64,000 nt of DNA. Origin: Bugula neritina. Taxonomy: Eukaryota; Animalia; Bryozoa. The notes below the pieces were generated by a model. It saw nothing but the letters and a program-made list of their open reading frames with translations. It did no database searches and was not told the DNA's origin. Position numbers and translations under genes: made by a program. Position 1 is the stretch's first letter. Every line of letters starts with the position of its first letter. The stretch is from assembly GCA_964035545.1 (NCBI GenBank), contig OZ037770.1, forward strand, positions 15,180,642 through 15,244,641, written 5' to 3'. Below, in pieces: positions 25,901 to 39,900 of this stretch.

Positions 25901-28900
25901 AGTAATCAACAATATATTTTACTAGCAGACAAAGAAAGTATGAAATAAGACTCAAAGTTAAGTCAAGAATGAAGTGAGAAATAAAATCTACTAGTAGAGT
26001 CACTATAGCAGCACAATGTTAGCAAAGTTCACAATGCAGTCCAACTGAGAAATATCAAGTGAGTTAGAGAGTCACTAGTTGAGGTGTCAGTTGAGTCATC
26101 AGTTAGATAGTCATCAGTTAGAAAGTCATCAGTTAGAAAGTCATCAGTTAGAAAGTCAGCGAGGTTACCTGATGAGACGACAGATTCAACCGGCTGATTC
26201 ACTTCAGTTGCCAGAAATCCCAGGTAAGAAAAGATGACAAATCCGGCGAAGAAACTCGTCAGGCAGTTTCCAAACGACACAATCAGGGCGTCTCTGACAA
26301 CACAAAGTGAAATGTCCATCAACAGATGGTTCAAACCAGCACAGTAGAAAAACTATCAGCATATTCTTCCGAATTGTATCGATTATTTTAATAGTTACTG
26401 CCGTCAAAATAAAGCTTGGCTAAATAGTTAGCATTGAAAAATATGTATATTTCATATGTTGTCAGCAAAACTAACTTGGAATTGTTTCTTAAAAGTCAGT
26501 GTCTAGGGGTTTCAAGCTACAGTCAGTGAAGGTGTATAATCTCGACACAGCAGCTACAGATATTACAGTAAAGTTAGCATACAGTCAGGGGAGGCAACTC
26601 TAAAGTCAGCAAGCAGCTAGTTGGTAGTTACTGACTCACCTGATACAGTCATTGTGAAACTTGTTGTAACTAGACAGAGCAATCAGTCCGCCCCATGATG
26701 CCGACAGCGAGAAGAAAATCTGAACGGCAGCGTCTTTCCACACCTGAGCGTCACTGAGTCTAGAGACGTCAGCGCTCATGTAGAACTTGATGCCCTCCTG
26801 ATATCCGTCGAGGAGCAGACCTCTTATGAAGAGGACTATCAGCATAACGTATGGGAAGATGGCGGTGAAGTAGACAACCTGGAATATAGTAGTAGTATTA
26901 GTATTAGTGGTGTTAGTACTAGTAGCAGCAGTAGTAGTAGTAGTAGTACTACTACTACTACTAGTATTAGTAGTACTAGTAGTAGTAGTAGTAGTACTAG
27001 TGGTATTAGTACTAGTAGTATTAGTACTAGTACTAGTATTAGTAGCAGCAGTAGTAGTAGTAGTAGTAGTACTACTACTACTACTAGTATTAGTAGTACT
27101 AGTAGTAGTAGTAGTAGTACTAGTGGTATTAGTACTAGTACTAGTATTAGTAGTACTAGTAGAAGTAGTAGCAGTAGTACTAGTAGAAGTACTAGTATTA
27201 GTAGTACTAGTAGAAGTAGTAGCAGTAGTAGTAGTATTAGTACTAGTACTAGCAGCAGCAGCAGTAGTAGCAGCAGCAGTAGTAGTAGTACTACTACTAC
27301 TGCTACTACTACTAGTATTAGTAGTACTAGTAGTAGTAGTACTAGTAGAAGTAGTAGCAGTAGTACTAGTAGAAGTACTAGTAGTAGTAGTAATAGTAGT
27401 AGTACTAGTAGTAGTAATAGTAGTAGTACTAGTAGTAAAAGTAGTAGTAGAAGTACTAATAGTAGTACTAGTAGAAGTAGTAGTAGTAGTAGTACTAGTA
27501 GAAGTAGTAGAGTCTTACTTTGCCTGAGCTTTTGATTCCCTTAAGCAGAGCAAAGTAGACCATAGCCCAAGCAGCAAGCAAACAAAGACACAGTTCCCAT
27601 TTTAATTCTCCTAAATCATGAAGTCCAGCACTGTTAGCTCTCCCCCATACACGGTACCTGAAAACAGAGCCACTCAATTCAAACAAATGTCAGATCAGAA
27701 ATAAGGAATGGCATGAAAACTTGAGTAAACAACTTGAAAGTTTTAAATTTTGTTGAAATTTCAATGCTAAAAAAGTAAACCAGATTCTAAGCAGTGAGCA
27801 CTACAGAAACATATTATAAACCAAGAAGAAGCAACTCCAAACTAACATGAGATAATCTTCGCTAGGCACGACTTCCTTGATCTTATTGCTTTCAGCAAGA
27901 GTTGAGTCCCAAATCCCGAGTGCCTTTTCCTGGAAAGAAAAGAGTCATGGAACCAAAAGTGAAAGCTAATGGATATTTTGAGATTACCACAGAATAGTGT
28001 GCTATATGTATTATAGAAGCAGACATGGTTTACAGAGAAATGAAATACACAAGTTTAAGAATCCTCTTGATGTAAAGCTAAAAACAATCCACTGACTGTC
28101 ACATTAAAATCAACGTTAGCAGCATGTAATAGTAAGTTTGTTAATTTTAGAATAAATGCATTTTCTTTCACTTACCCCACTGACAGGGTTGACCGAGCCA
28201 TTGGCATAAACACAAACTCCGTTATCCAGGGGTTTATAGGCCCCAGTGCAGTTTGCAGCAGTGAAAGGCGTCAGAAAGGTGGAGCAATCTATAAATAGAT
28301 TATTATACTTGGTTCAGCCGTTGAGCTCTTTTTAACCTGATATCAGTTAGCTGACTCTTTTAGTATAAAATTGGTGTGAAGAAAAAAAAAGATTTAAAAG
28401 TTAAAAAGCACAAAAAATATATGGAAAGAAAGCCCTGTGAGATTCATCAACCATTTCATCTGTGAACATTCTTGGGATAGAGGTAAGACTTTTATTGTCA
28501 GTATTTACAAAGTTTGTAGTTTTTATAAGATTTATTTAACAAAGTATCATGTCTTAGTCACTGCCCAATAGATAATAGTTAAATCCGCAAGTAGTTTTAT
28601 TTGATTAGCTGAGATGCCACATTGTAAGGTTGTATCTTATAACTTTTTGGAAGAACTGACTTCAATACCATTGGCTGAGACGCAGCAACCTTGACCTATT
28701 CAGTACACAGAGGGGCATAAACTTAAAGTGGAGACAATCGCCAACACCGCACTAACTGGGAATTTTGATATACAAAGTTATACTCGCTGCCAAAATGACA
28801 CGCTGCCTCTTGAATACTTACACTCGCTGGCATATCCTGCAACGCACCGGCTCCAGGGCAAAGTTCCTTGGGTGATTTCGAAGAAGGAGGCAATTAGGTA

Positions 28901-31900
28901 GTATATTGCCCAGCCTATGATCATGTTGTAGTAAATGCTTACTAGCCCGGACACTACCACCATACCCCAACCAATACCTGCAGCAGTCACAAGAAATTAG
29001 TCTACACAAATAGTTATATATAGTATATAGATACAGGATTTGATTGACTAAAATTGTAAACTGTGCTAATTTTATGACAAATGAAATTGGAAACCCAAAC
29101 GCATATAAAACACAAATGTCTAAGGTACTAAAACTAAATAATGTCAGCAAAACAAATATGATGAGAAACACCAGAGAGTGTTGGTAGTCATCAATCAAAT
29201 TCTACAATTTATCTCACAGTCATAAATTATTTATTACTTTTCTGCCAAATATCAAAACAGTGTGAACAGTTCAAAGGTCAAAGTGATCAATTAGCTCGAA
29301 GTCAGTTTGTCAAAGCATTCACTTTAAAGAGCTCCATGATGTAACTGAACTAAATAAAAATATTCTAGCCAAGTTTTATAAAGTGTTTGCAAGAAATAGT
29401 TTTAGAAAGCATCTGTAAAAAGAGGACAATCCCAATAAGTTACAAGGAAAATATTATGGAAAACTCACCACTGAATAGTCTGCTGAACTTCCAGCAAGTG
29501 ACTGGTCCAGATGATGTGAACTGACCGAGAGACAACTCCAAGACAAAGATGGGAACTCCAACCAGAAACAACATGATGGCGTAGGGTATGAGGAAGAGAG
29601 CTAAAGTTACACAAGATTACGTAACACTAACATTCTCTCTACTAGGTAGAGTGACTGTGATGCAGGTCTCTAAATACAGCTATTTGAGAACACCATATAC
29701 ATATGCCAGCCCAGAAGCATTTTATTGTTATATTATAAAGGACAGCCGGAGTCTATTATTGATTTTAGAGAGACTGGATGAAACTTAAAGAAGGAAGCAG
29801 TTTAGTGAAAATTAGTAAAAAATACTGCAAGCTGTAACAGTTATTTGTATTAAGCGCTATTCAACATGACACTGATGTACTTTCAGATGACTTAAGTTAC
29901 TAAAAGCATAAACAATATGCTGAGCTCTCCATAGAGAATGACTGTTGGGTCAATATTTTGTTAACTTTAGCTCAATGTAGACAAAGCTGGCCTAACTTTA
30001 GAGGCAAAACTCCTCTACTAATAAAACTACTACTACTGAATTCAAACTCTCTGGCTGGGAGTTAAAAGACTAAACTCTATTTCCAATTTACATCAAAATT
30101 GCGAGCCCCTGTCTTTTTTAGCACAACAGTATCAGGAGGGGTGATGCTGTTCTACACCCTACTTGACAGGAAGATATGTAGTGGCACAGAGTCTATGCTT
30201 ACCTCCTCCATTCCTATAGCACAAATAGGGGAACCTCCATACGTTTCCCAACCCAACAGCGTATCCGAGACACGACAACAGAAACTCTAACTGCCCTCCC
30301 CAATTTCCTCTCTGTTGGTTCTCATCTCCTACGAAATTAATTTCCACATCCTCTGCACGGCGTGGAGCCTAAAAGTAAAAAGTAAATTGTCTACACTAGA
30401 TAGTAGATAGCAGGGTTGGGGTAATTGTAATTTGTAATTGTAATTGACTGTAATTAATTACATTTTTTCAAGTAATTGAATGTAATTTGTAATTGAGGCT
30501 TAAAAATGTAATTGTAATTGTAATTGTAATTAATTACATATCTAATGTAATTGATTTTTACAATTACTTTATAATTACATGTCAATTACTTCAAACTTTT
30601 AAATCTTAAAAAACTCCTTTTTCTACAATGCTTACTGTTAAATAACAAGTTCAGATAGTTAGGTCAATATAGTAGGGTCATTCCATGCCAGCTCACCGAA
30701 TTGCACGCGTCTATTTGCGTCTCAGATTTTGTTCATGTTTACACCAAACAAACCTACACATGCCTCAAGTACTCTTCTTCAGTATTTCTGACCTGACACA
30801 AATTTTTTTTGAGAACTGACTACTTTTGTAGACAAAGGTTGAGAAACATTTTGAGGAAAATTTGTGATTTCTACTTCTAGACTAATCTATAAACGTCTAT
30901 ATCGCAATCATTTTTCTAGACTGAGCCTTAAAATTTGCTGTGTGATTTGATAATACCTATCAATTTGCACTAGTAGCAACACATATTACAGAATACTTTG
31001 TGTGCATATATGCTAAGTCATTGAATATGAACAAATCTTTGTAAATTTTGAAAAATTTCAAATACTCGCCTAATCAAATTTTAAATTACTTATAAATTGG
31101 TCTAAAAGTATAAATCACAAATTTTCCTCAAAATATTTTCTAACCTTTGTTCACCAAAGTAGTAATTTCTCAAAATGTTTTTGTGTCAGGCCAGAAATAT
31201 TCACGAATGGTAATCTGAACATGTGTAGGTCCATTTAGTGTAAATATGAGCAAAATCTGAGACACAAAGACGTGGGACCCCTTGAAAGTTGGTTGATTTG
31301 GTATGGAATGACATAATAGTATCACTGTAGAAAACAAAAGAGGTTTACCACTGTCAACACTGCCTCTGGTAGTTGGACCCTAGAAGTGACTTCTATTTAT
31401 TCCTTGTGAGAACAAAAGTAATTGTAATTGTAATTAATTACATTGCCATGTAATTGTAATTGTAATTAATTACATTAATTTTTAACTGTAATTATAATTG
31501 TAATTGTAATTGACAAATCTTCATGTAATTGTAATTAATTACATTTACATGTAATTGACCCCAACCCTGGTAGATAGTAAGCATATTGGTGCGTGTGAAT
31601 GCAATCATTTATTTTCTAGGAGTGAGAGAGAGAGAGACATAGAAAAAGAGGGGAGGGGGAGGGAGAGGGAGAGAGGAGGAGATGAGAGAGAGAGAGGGGG
31701 GAATTAAGATAGAGAGGGAGAGAAAGAGAAAAACTGTTAAATAAAATTCTATATACTCTGGATAATGAGTGACCAGTTTATGTGTTTCAAAGTTGCTATT
31801 TCTGTTGTATAGAACCATTGAAGTCAGAACTACTGCAATTAAATCTGAAAGAATTTAGCTACTGATTGATGAACCAGAAACACTCTACAGATCTCTATTA

Positions 31901-33952
31901 AATGAGGTCATGGCTCCAGGATGGTGGTTTGGCTACCGTCCCAAAGGATGTATCGGTCTCCTAGCAACTGGCATGGTGCTATAGCCAGCTTTTACTACAG
32001 CTAACCTAAATTACAGTTGCTGAAACCAATTGTGCCATTACGTTCACCTTCCAGAGCTGAATGCACTTGCTATCAGTTTTCTGGATCCAAGAATTTACAT
32101 GCATATAGGAGATGCATTGCTATCTTTGCTAAGCTATATAAAGTTGCAAGCAAGTCTACTTTAAAAAACAGAGAAAGGGGGTCTATCTCTACACATTATG
32201 CCTAGCATGTATTTAGAATAATAACCTAAGAAATAAGACTACATTTCTCTAACTTCATAACAGATCATTACTATTTTAATATTTACTGACAGAAATTTGA
32301 AGATTCTGCTAAACTTTGAAAATTTGAAAGTACAGGGGAGGGAGGCTCAACAATTACATAGAATGAGTAGGGCTGGAGATGCAGCCACCCTTACCCAAAC
32401 TAAGGAAATATGAGAACTGCAGCAAATTAAACATGAATCTGTAAGGTAGAAGACTTGTCAATTGCTTGAACAAGCAATATGCAATGTACATAATATTATA
32501 ACAGATTGATTTAACCTAATTCTCTCAACACTCCTTCTAATATTTTAGAGCACCAAATGTTTTACTGGAAGACAGGCTACACACGTTCACACTCGCCAGA
32601 TGTTGTGGCAGACATGGAAGCTTGTTATTCACAACTAAGAGAAGGTGAAAGCAATCACATCAACAATCTTGCTCACAAATTAGGTCAGGTTATAAAGCTG
32701 TGTTCAAGGTATGAAATGAACATCTTTTGTTATTGACCAACCATTATTCTAGCATGAAATGCTGAATAAAATGTAAAAGAAATAGGCTTTTGTATTTTGC
32801 CCTGTAATTAGAGTAGAGCGTTCCAAGCACTCAAGAAAAGAAAAACACAGCCTTTCGGTCATTCAAATATTATAATAAAACAGGATTTAGCTGGAAGAAT
32901 AAGTTAAGTAAGACAAGTATGTGGTATGCCCAGAATTTACTCTGTTCACCAACAATCTCATACGTGAAGTTACATAACTCTTCCCTGAGTGTTTAAAGTT
33001 GGAACAGATTTTGGGTAGAGTTTATTATTTGGTAAATTACAGTATCTTATCACAGCTGGAATCTATCAAGTGAAGTTAAAAGAAACTAATAATGGTGTAC
33101 GTTTCTCATTATTTTCTTTGCCAAGCAAACATCTATGGACTCAACTCAGCAGTTCAAACACAACTTAAACTAATTTTGTCCAAAATGGTGAAAGGAATGA
33201 GGGACAAAAATGTTGACTGGGGAAAATTGAATGTGTGGATTGTTCAACGGTTATTTTTGAAAATACCTAAAATCTACCAACAGAATCTACAAGAAATTGA
33301 TGTAGAATTTCTACAGATAATCTAAATCTACAAAAGGCTTCTATGAAATCAATAGAAATTACAACCATTAGACTTGCTCATAGTCATAGTTGAATGTTGG
33401 TTTCCCACTTAGTCTTGTAGGTATGAATTTTATTGACTATTGTAAGTGATTTCAATATGTCAGATACTTTTAATTAAGTGAGAAAAGTTTTCAATTTAAT
33501 TAAATAAAAGTAAATCTAAATACTAGATGCATTGGCCTAGGGTCATGAGTTCATCAGTTGAAACACTGCATTATGATTATTCTATAGTGTGCTATTAGTA
33601 TTGGATTCACTTTTAGTACTTTGAACAAAAAAATATATAATTTATTAATTATAATATTAGATATAATATAACATTAGATATATACTATTATAACAATATT
33701 AAATAACATTAGACATATTGTACTATTAATATTGAACGTATTATAATATTATATATAATATAACATTAGATATATACTATTATAATGATATTAAATATAT
33801 TATACTGCTGGATATATTAGTATTACAACACTAGGTCTAGATATAACATTAGACATATTATAATATTATTATTAAATGTATTATAATATTAGATATAATA
33901 TAACATTAGATATATTATAAAATTAGACATACTATACCTTGTTTACTGCCAT
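22935..33952 (-). CDS. SLC6 Na+/Cl- dependent neurotransmitter/amino-acid transporter, glycine-transporter (SLC6A5/A9/A14-like) subfamily
   Basis: Minus-strand exons 33952-33938 (tentative ATG micro-exon, MAVNK), 30368-30203, 29600-29469, 28977-28822, 28288-28176, 27929-27847, 27657-27519, 26878-26640, 26293-26169, 25532-25420, 25174-25046, 24784-24560, 24187-24005, 23471-23343, 23006-22935 (TGA). Signatures [65 protein letters not shown]. Confidence 0.92.
25585..25860. repeat. 20-bp minisatellite (TAGAATTACAGTAGAACTAG)n
   Basis: About 13 copies in an SLC6 intron. Confidence 0.9.
26885..27510. repeat. Degenerate (AGT/ACT)n trinucleotide tract filling an SLC6 intron
   Basis: Spans the intron from acceptor to donor; source of the spurious poly-Val ORF. 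Confidence 0.9.
30411..31569. mobile_element. hAT-type non-autonomous DNA transposon (MITE) with subterminal (GTAATT)n arrays
   Basis: TIR CAGGGTTGGGG...CCCCAACCCTG. 8-bp TSD GTAGATAG at 30403-30410 and 31570-31577. No coding capacity. Confidence 0.85.
30675..31314. mobile_element. Fold-back MITE nested inside the hAT element
   Basis: Imperfect inverted arms of about 220 bp (GTCATTCCATGCCA / TGGTATGGAATGAC; TTTTGAGGAAAATTTGTGATTT / AAATCACAAATTTTCCTCAAAA). Confidence 0.7.
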
Positions 33953-36900
33953 GACTGAGGTATATATGTTATAGTAATACTAGCTCTACTCCTCGGACCA
34001 CACCTTCATATACGTACAGAGTGTATGTTGACTGGCAGATGAATGAATAGCCAATAGGTTTGTAAAGCCAACAAAAAGCATAGCCTGGCTTCTAAAACTT
34101 AATCTCAGCTAAGAGAGGGAGAAGCATACTGCCCGACAACCTAACAGTTATCCTGATTTCCCTGAATAGAGTGCATTCATTAGCATATTTTGCATATGAA
34201 AGGGAAATGATAAATAAACACATAAGAGGCATGTTGGTGCAGGCCTTGAAATTCATGCAAACAACAGCCAGGATGTGTTTACCTTTATAATGCCCTGCAA
34301 ACAGGAACATTTTACCCGACATTTCTACTTTCAAAGAAAACAATAATCTAAAGCTTTTCTTCCCTATTCCACTCAGACTGACTTTGATTTATTTCGGTTA
34401 TTGATATAAAAATCTTCTCAATTCTTTATAAAACTGAAATGTAATTCAAGTCTTGTTGTCAGCCTTTACTAGGCTTTACCATATTTTAAAAATCAAACTT
34501 TAAAAAATAAATTTTACGATTGAACAGAATATTTATTTAAATATAAGAACCTTTTTTGCAAATTAGCTTATTTTAGAGGGTATATAATTACTCACCTTGT
34601 GTCACCATGCTGTCATGTCACCACGCTGTCATGTATAAACCAGAATATACTCCAGCTAACAGTGCTGTCCAAGAGTTCTGGGAGATGGCAGCAACATTCT
34701 CTGCTGCCTAAACTGAAGGCTATATAAAAGAGCAGACGGTGGAGAGCTGAAAGTAATCCCACAGGTGAAGTACAAGAAGGAAACTGCCGAAAGTCAAAAC
34801 TTTATTTGGACAGAGCGAAGACTAGAATTAAACAGAAATAAAATGGCAGCTGGGAATGTATTTACATTTATATAAAATAAACAGTTTTTCCAGTTCAGCA
34901 CTTTTATCTTAGCCAAATGGAGGCAGTTAGAGATCTGGGTTTTGTGTAATGATAATGAAGCTATAATCATGGCTACTGCAGTCTATTACAAGTGCAGGGG
35001 TCAACAAAACAATAGCCAACTAACTGTATTTAGAGAATCTGCACATAACACCATAGACACAACACAACAGGTGTGGACACTACACAACAGGTATGGACAG
35101 TACACAACTAGGTGTTGACCAGCCAGTTATTGTCATAGCCTATAATTATCATTTCTTAGCCAACTGTTTTTAATTGAAGCTTATAGACTTGGCCAGTAAT
35201 CTTGGAGGATCAGCATATTTTATGGAGGTGGGGGGAAGCAGTGATGAATTCATACTAAGAAGAAACTATAGAACTTAGGCTACTCAGAATTCTTCTGTTC
35301 TCCAGCTGAAAGGTTATTAACAATATTTCTGACGGTTCCACAGAGTGAACTACACTAGAAAGCACACGTCTGTTTGAAGTCTCCACCCCTGTGGGAACCC
35401 CTCCACCCCTGTGGGAACCCCTCCACCCCTGCAAGAACTCCTCTCCCCTGCAGAATATAGACTAAAGGGTATAAACATATGAACTACAGAGTATAAACAT
35501 ATGAACTACAGAGTATAAACATATAAACTACAGAGTATAAACATATGAACTACATAATGTTATGAACACCGTAAGTAGTATCCCTAAAACCGCTAAAATG
35601 TGGACACCTTGAAATTAAATTGTGGTAATGATGATAAGTGTGCATAGCTAAGTGATAGCACCAGCTTGCGTTGTATAAACTTCAGGGTAACTATCAGCAC
35701 GGATAATCCTTTTCAATGTTACAAACAAATCAACATGAATGATTTATTCCAGAATTATAGATGATTAATTAGAGTTATGGCTCGGAGCTTTGACAGTGAA
35801 AGATTTCATGCTGTTTTTGCTGGGTATTTTGTTTCAACGCTAAACCCATGTCGTCATACAAACACTAATCCTACTTCACTGCTAGTGAAGTCAAGGATCA
35901 AACTTTACTAGTACAAACATAATAATGAATAAACTCTCTTTGAGACGAGAAACAGAACAGATTCTAAAAATATCCATTCATTACGCAGCAAAATAAATGC
36001 AAATCATTTCCTTGTAAAATTCCTGAGTGGTAGTAGCAAGTAGCTATTCCAGCTAACAGACGCAGTGCCAGAGAGTCTGCTTTGTGCCAGGGAAAGGGTT
36101 ACCCCCCCCCCCCCCCTAAGAGCTGGCAATAGTAAGTAGACTAGGGAGAGGAATGTTCAGTTGGGATCACACAAGCTCTGAATACAACCTCAATACTAGA
36201 GTATGGAACAGGTTATACAACAAAGTAGTAAATATTAATTAAAGGTTTTATTGATATTGGCTAAAAGAAAAGTATCAGGTGATTTTGCAGGCCACCTGTA
36301 ATCAATAACACAACAAATAATACCTCGACTAACTTCAAAATTCTTATAAGAAAATTGTTTTTAATGTCTATCAAATTTTCATGGTGTTGCTCCCCTATTT
36401 TCTGATAGTGACACATGTTGGAGTTGTCCACTAGTGGGACTAAGAACTAAATGGAAAACCAATGTCAAATACACATAATTGCACAGAATTTAATTAAAAA
36501 ATTAATAAAATCACAAGGTTTGTAAAACAGCAGTACAAAAATTTGTTTAAAAGGCATTTAACCAGCTAAAATATCCCAGAAATAAATAATACTGCTCAAT
36601 CAACATTGTACAAAAGAATTGAAAGGAAGTAGAACATGGCAGAGGACAGGGACACGCCTCCTAGTGGCTAGACACGCCCTCTAGAGGGACAGCCAACTGT
36701 TTACTAACAATAATCGATAGCATGGCTTACTTGCTTGCAAATGAGGACATCATTTACTAATTAAAAGAAGGAAAGCATTTCTTACTGGTTATTTAAAGTT
36801 CAACTGCAGTGATGACTCACCACACATAAAGCTAAACAATGATCATCTATTCACCGACTAGTGGCAGAAATAAATAAATTTTCCTGTAGAAAAGCTGGAC

Positions 36901-36993
36901 GTTGTCCTCCCTATTGGCGAGGAGGGAACTGGCAGCGGATGTTAGCACCTGGTCGCCGTGGCAACCACCTGAGTGAGAGAGAGTCACCGCTGC

Positions 36994-39900
36994 TCACAGA
37001 CACTCATAGTTAGAGGAGTGGTGATCATTGCCATCACTGTCCCCGGCTAGGAACTGTTCCAGGGGGTCTAGAGGGGGTTTGGAGCCACTACTGGCAGAGG
37101 TTTTGGACTTACTTTTCTTCTTTCTTTCCTTACTACCATCTGTATCCGTCTGTTTAGATTTCTTCTTCTTTTTAGGTTTAGAATTCTCTTCTCCCTCCTA
37201 AATGTGACATAAGCTAGATCACATTATAATGGAGAGGTTAGTTTCTATGAGATTTCTATCAACTTAGAAACGCATGGAGTTATCCTTCCTAACCAATAGG
37301 AAACCTGCCAGCAACATGCCAGTTATTATAATACTTGAAAGCAGGTAAAATCACAGAACTGGCCGAGAATTACTAGCAACTGATTGGCTGGAAAGTCAGC
37401 AGAAGAAACTGAGTTGCCAATTTGATTCACTAATGAAATCGTCTTCCCCTGAATATATTACAAAGCAGCCACTCAATCCACTAGTAACTCTGAGTCTAGT
37501 ATGTCACTCACGGAGACAAGAGTGAAAACAGTAACAGAGTAAAAATTGAGAAGCACATTTACTTAGCTAAAACATTAGACACCTTTCTCTCTCTACTATA
37601 TGTGCTGCACACAATTTTATATATTACTACATATATATTACAGCATATATATTACAACATATATATTACTACATATATATTACAGCATATATATTACAAC
37701 ATACGCCTATATATTACTACATATATATTACTACATATATATTACAACATATATATTACTACATATATATTACAACATACGCCTATATATTACTACATAT
37801 ATATTACTACATATATATATTACAACATATATATTACTACATATATATTACAACATACGCCTATATATTACTACTATATATTACTACATATATATTACTA
37901 CTAGTACCAACTCTTACATTTATAGTCTTCTCTTTTTTCTTCTTTTTCTTTTTCACAGCCTTGTGTTCTGACGAGCTACCGGCAGCTTGATGACTGATAG
38001 CGATGTCCGGCAGCTGAACGGGAGGCTGCTGAAATGACACATCACATTGAAAGTATTCCCTCTAAAGAGCAGACAACTACAACTACCGGCGTATAACTAA
38101 GCACTCACCGGCTCTTCCTCGCTGTCCACGCCATCACCGGACGCCAAAGCAGCCTTCGACACATCCTCATCACTGTCTGTAAGAACCACGTCCTTGCTAG
38201 AGAGCTTTGTGAAGGTGGCTTTACTTGCCGGTAGTGTGAATGTGGCTTTACTTTTCTCCTCGTCACTCGACGCGCCCTCGTCTGCTAGAATGGTGGGAGC
38301 CTCGACTTCATCTGATGACTCATCACTCTCAGGCAGCGACTGTTTTACCTCCGGCTGTTTCACTGTCACGGTTTGAGTGAACTGCTGAGTCAGCTTGCTC
38401 AGGGAGGATTCGGTGTTCGGCTCTGAGTCTGAGTCAGAGTCGGCTGCAGGTTCGTCTGCTTTACTCTCCTCGTCTGAGGTGAGCACGACGTCTGCACTGC
38501 GGAGTTTAGCTGGGGCTGGTCTAGCAGAGGCGGGGACGGTGTGGGTCTGCTCCTCATCACTGGAGTCTAAATCATCTTGAATTGAGGCTACCAGAGGATT
38601 GTCGTCTGCTTCTTCATCAGATGCTGTCGTCTGATTGGCTGACGACTGCAGACGTATAGAAAGAGATCAAAACAAAGTTGATGGAATAACTCATAATAAA
38701 ATACAGCCAGTACCTTGTATAATACATTAGAATGTAAAATACACTACGACATGATGCCACACAATATGACAACACTGTGAACAGTCACAACACTGTGAAC
38801 AGTCACATCACTGTGAACAGTCACAACACTGTGAACAGTCACAACACTGTGAACAGTCACATCACTGTGAACAGTCACATCACTGTGAATAGTCACAACA
38901 CTGTGAACAGTCACAACACTGTGAACAGTCACAACACTGTGAACAGTCACAACACTGTGAACAGTCACATCACTGTACCTGATTCTCTAGAGACCCTTTG
39001 CTCTCCGAGTTGAAGAACTCAGAAGCATCAGAAGCCTCAGGTTTAAAGTCATCAACGGACTGTGACGGTTTCGTGCCTTTGTTACCTGAAAGTAGACACA
39101 GTCTTTCACTGAACACTGAATGTGATCATAAAGCTATGACATACAACACACAAGTTCCACTCTGTTTGGATCATATTTAGTTGGGGCTCTTAAATTTTAT
39201 TGCTGCTGGGAACAGAGGCTCAACAAACAAGAACAATGATTTGACGAAAGTGAAAGTCTGCTCATGTTTGTTTGTTTGTTTTATTTTGTCGTAATTGGAG
39301 AAAAAAAATTAATTGAGAAAAAATAAACAAAATGACATCAGCTTGGGAAATAAAGGAAGATGCTTCACTCCGACAATATACTATTGCACTGAACAAAGAG
39401 CACACAACTCCATGACTAAAGAGATCTAATATTTCTCATGACCTGGTGAGTAACACACAACATTCAGTTCCGCGTCATTGCAAACCCACCGGTTGGTATT
39501 ATGAGAGCTTGTGCGGGTGGGGGTCTCAACGCCCCGTCTGAGCTAGTTGATGACACATCAGATTCCGTCTTAATGCCGGCTTTCTTCAGCTTCACAGATT
39601 CTATGATACTGCAACACGGTAAACGTTATTAGAGATTTCCAAACAAGAGAGAATTTTTAGAGAAACATTAATCTGTTTGCTGTTATTCTGTATTCTTCAT
39701 CTCATGATTCTATAGTAGCCTGGGCAGGACTTACTGTGTGAGTGTGACTTACTGTGTGAGTGTGACTTACTGTGTGGGTGTGACTTACTGTGTGGGTGTG
39801 ACTTACTGTGTGGGTGTGACTTACTGTGTGGGTGTGACTTACTGTGTGGGTGTGACTTACTGTGTGGGTGTGACTTACTGTGTGGGTGTGACTTACTGTG

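Noticed and set aside
26907-27527. 206-aa Val/Leu-rich ORF
   Set aside because: Translation of an intronic AGT/ACT simple repeat on the strand opposite the SLC6 gene.
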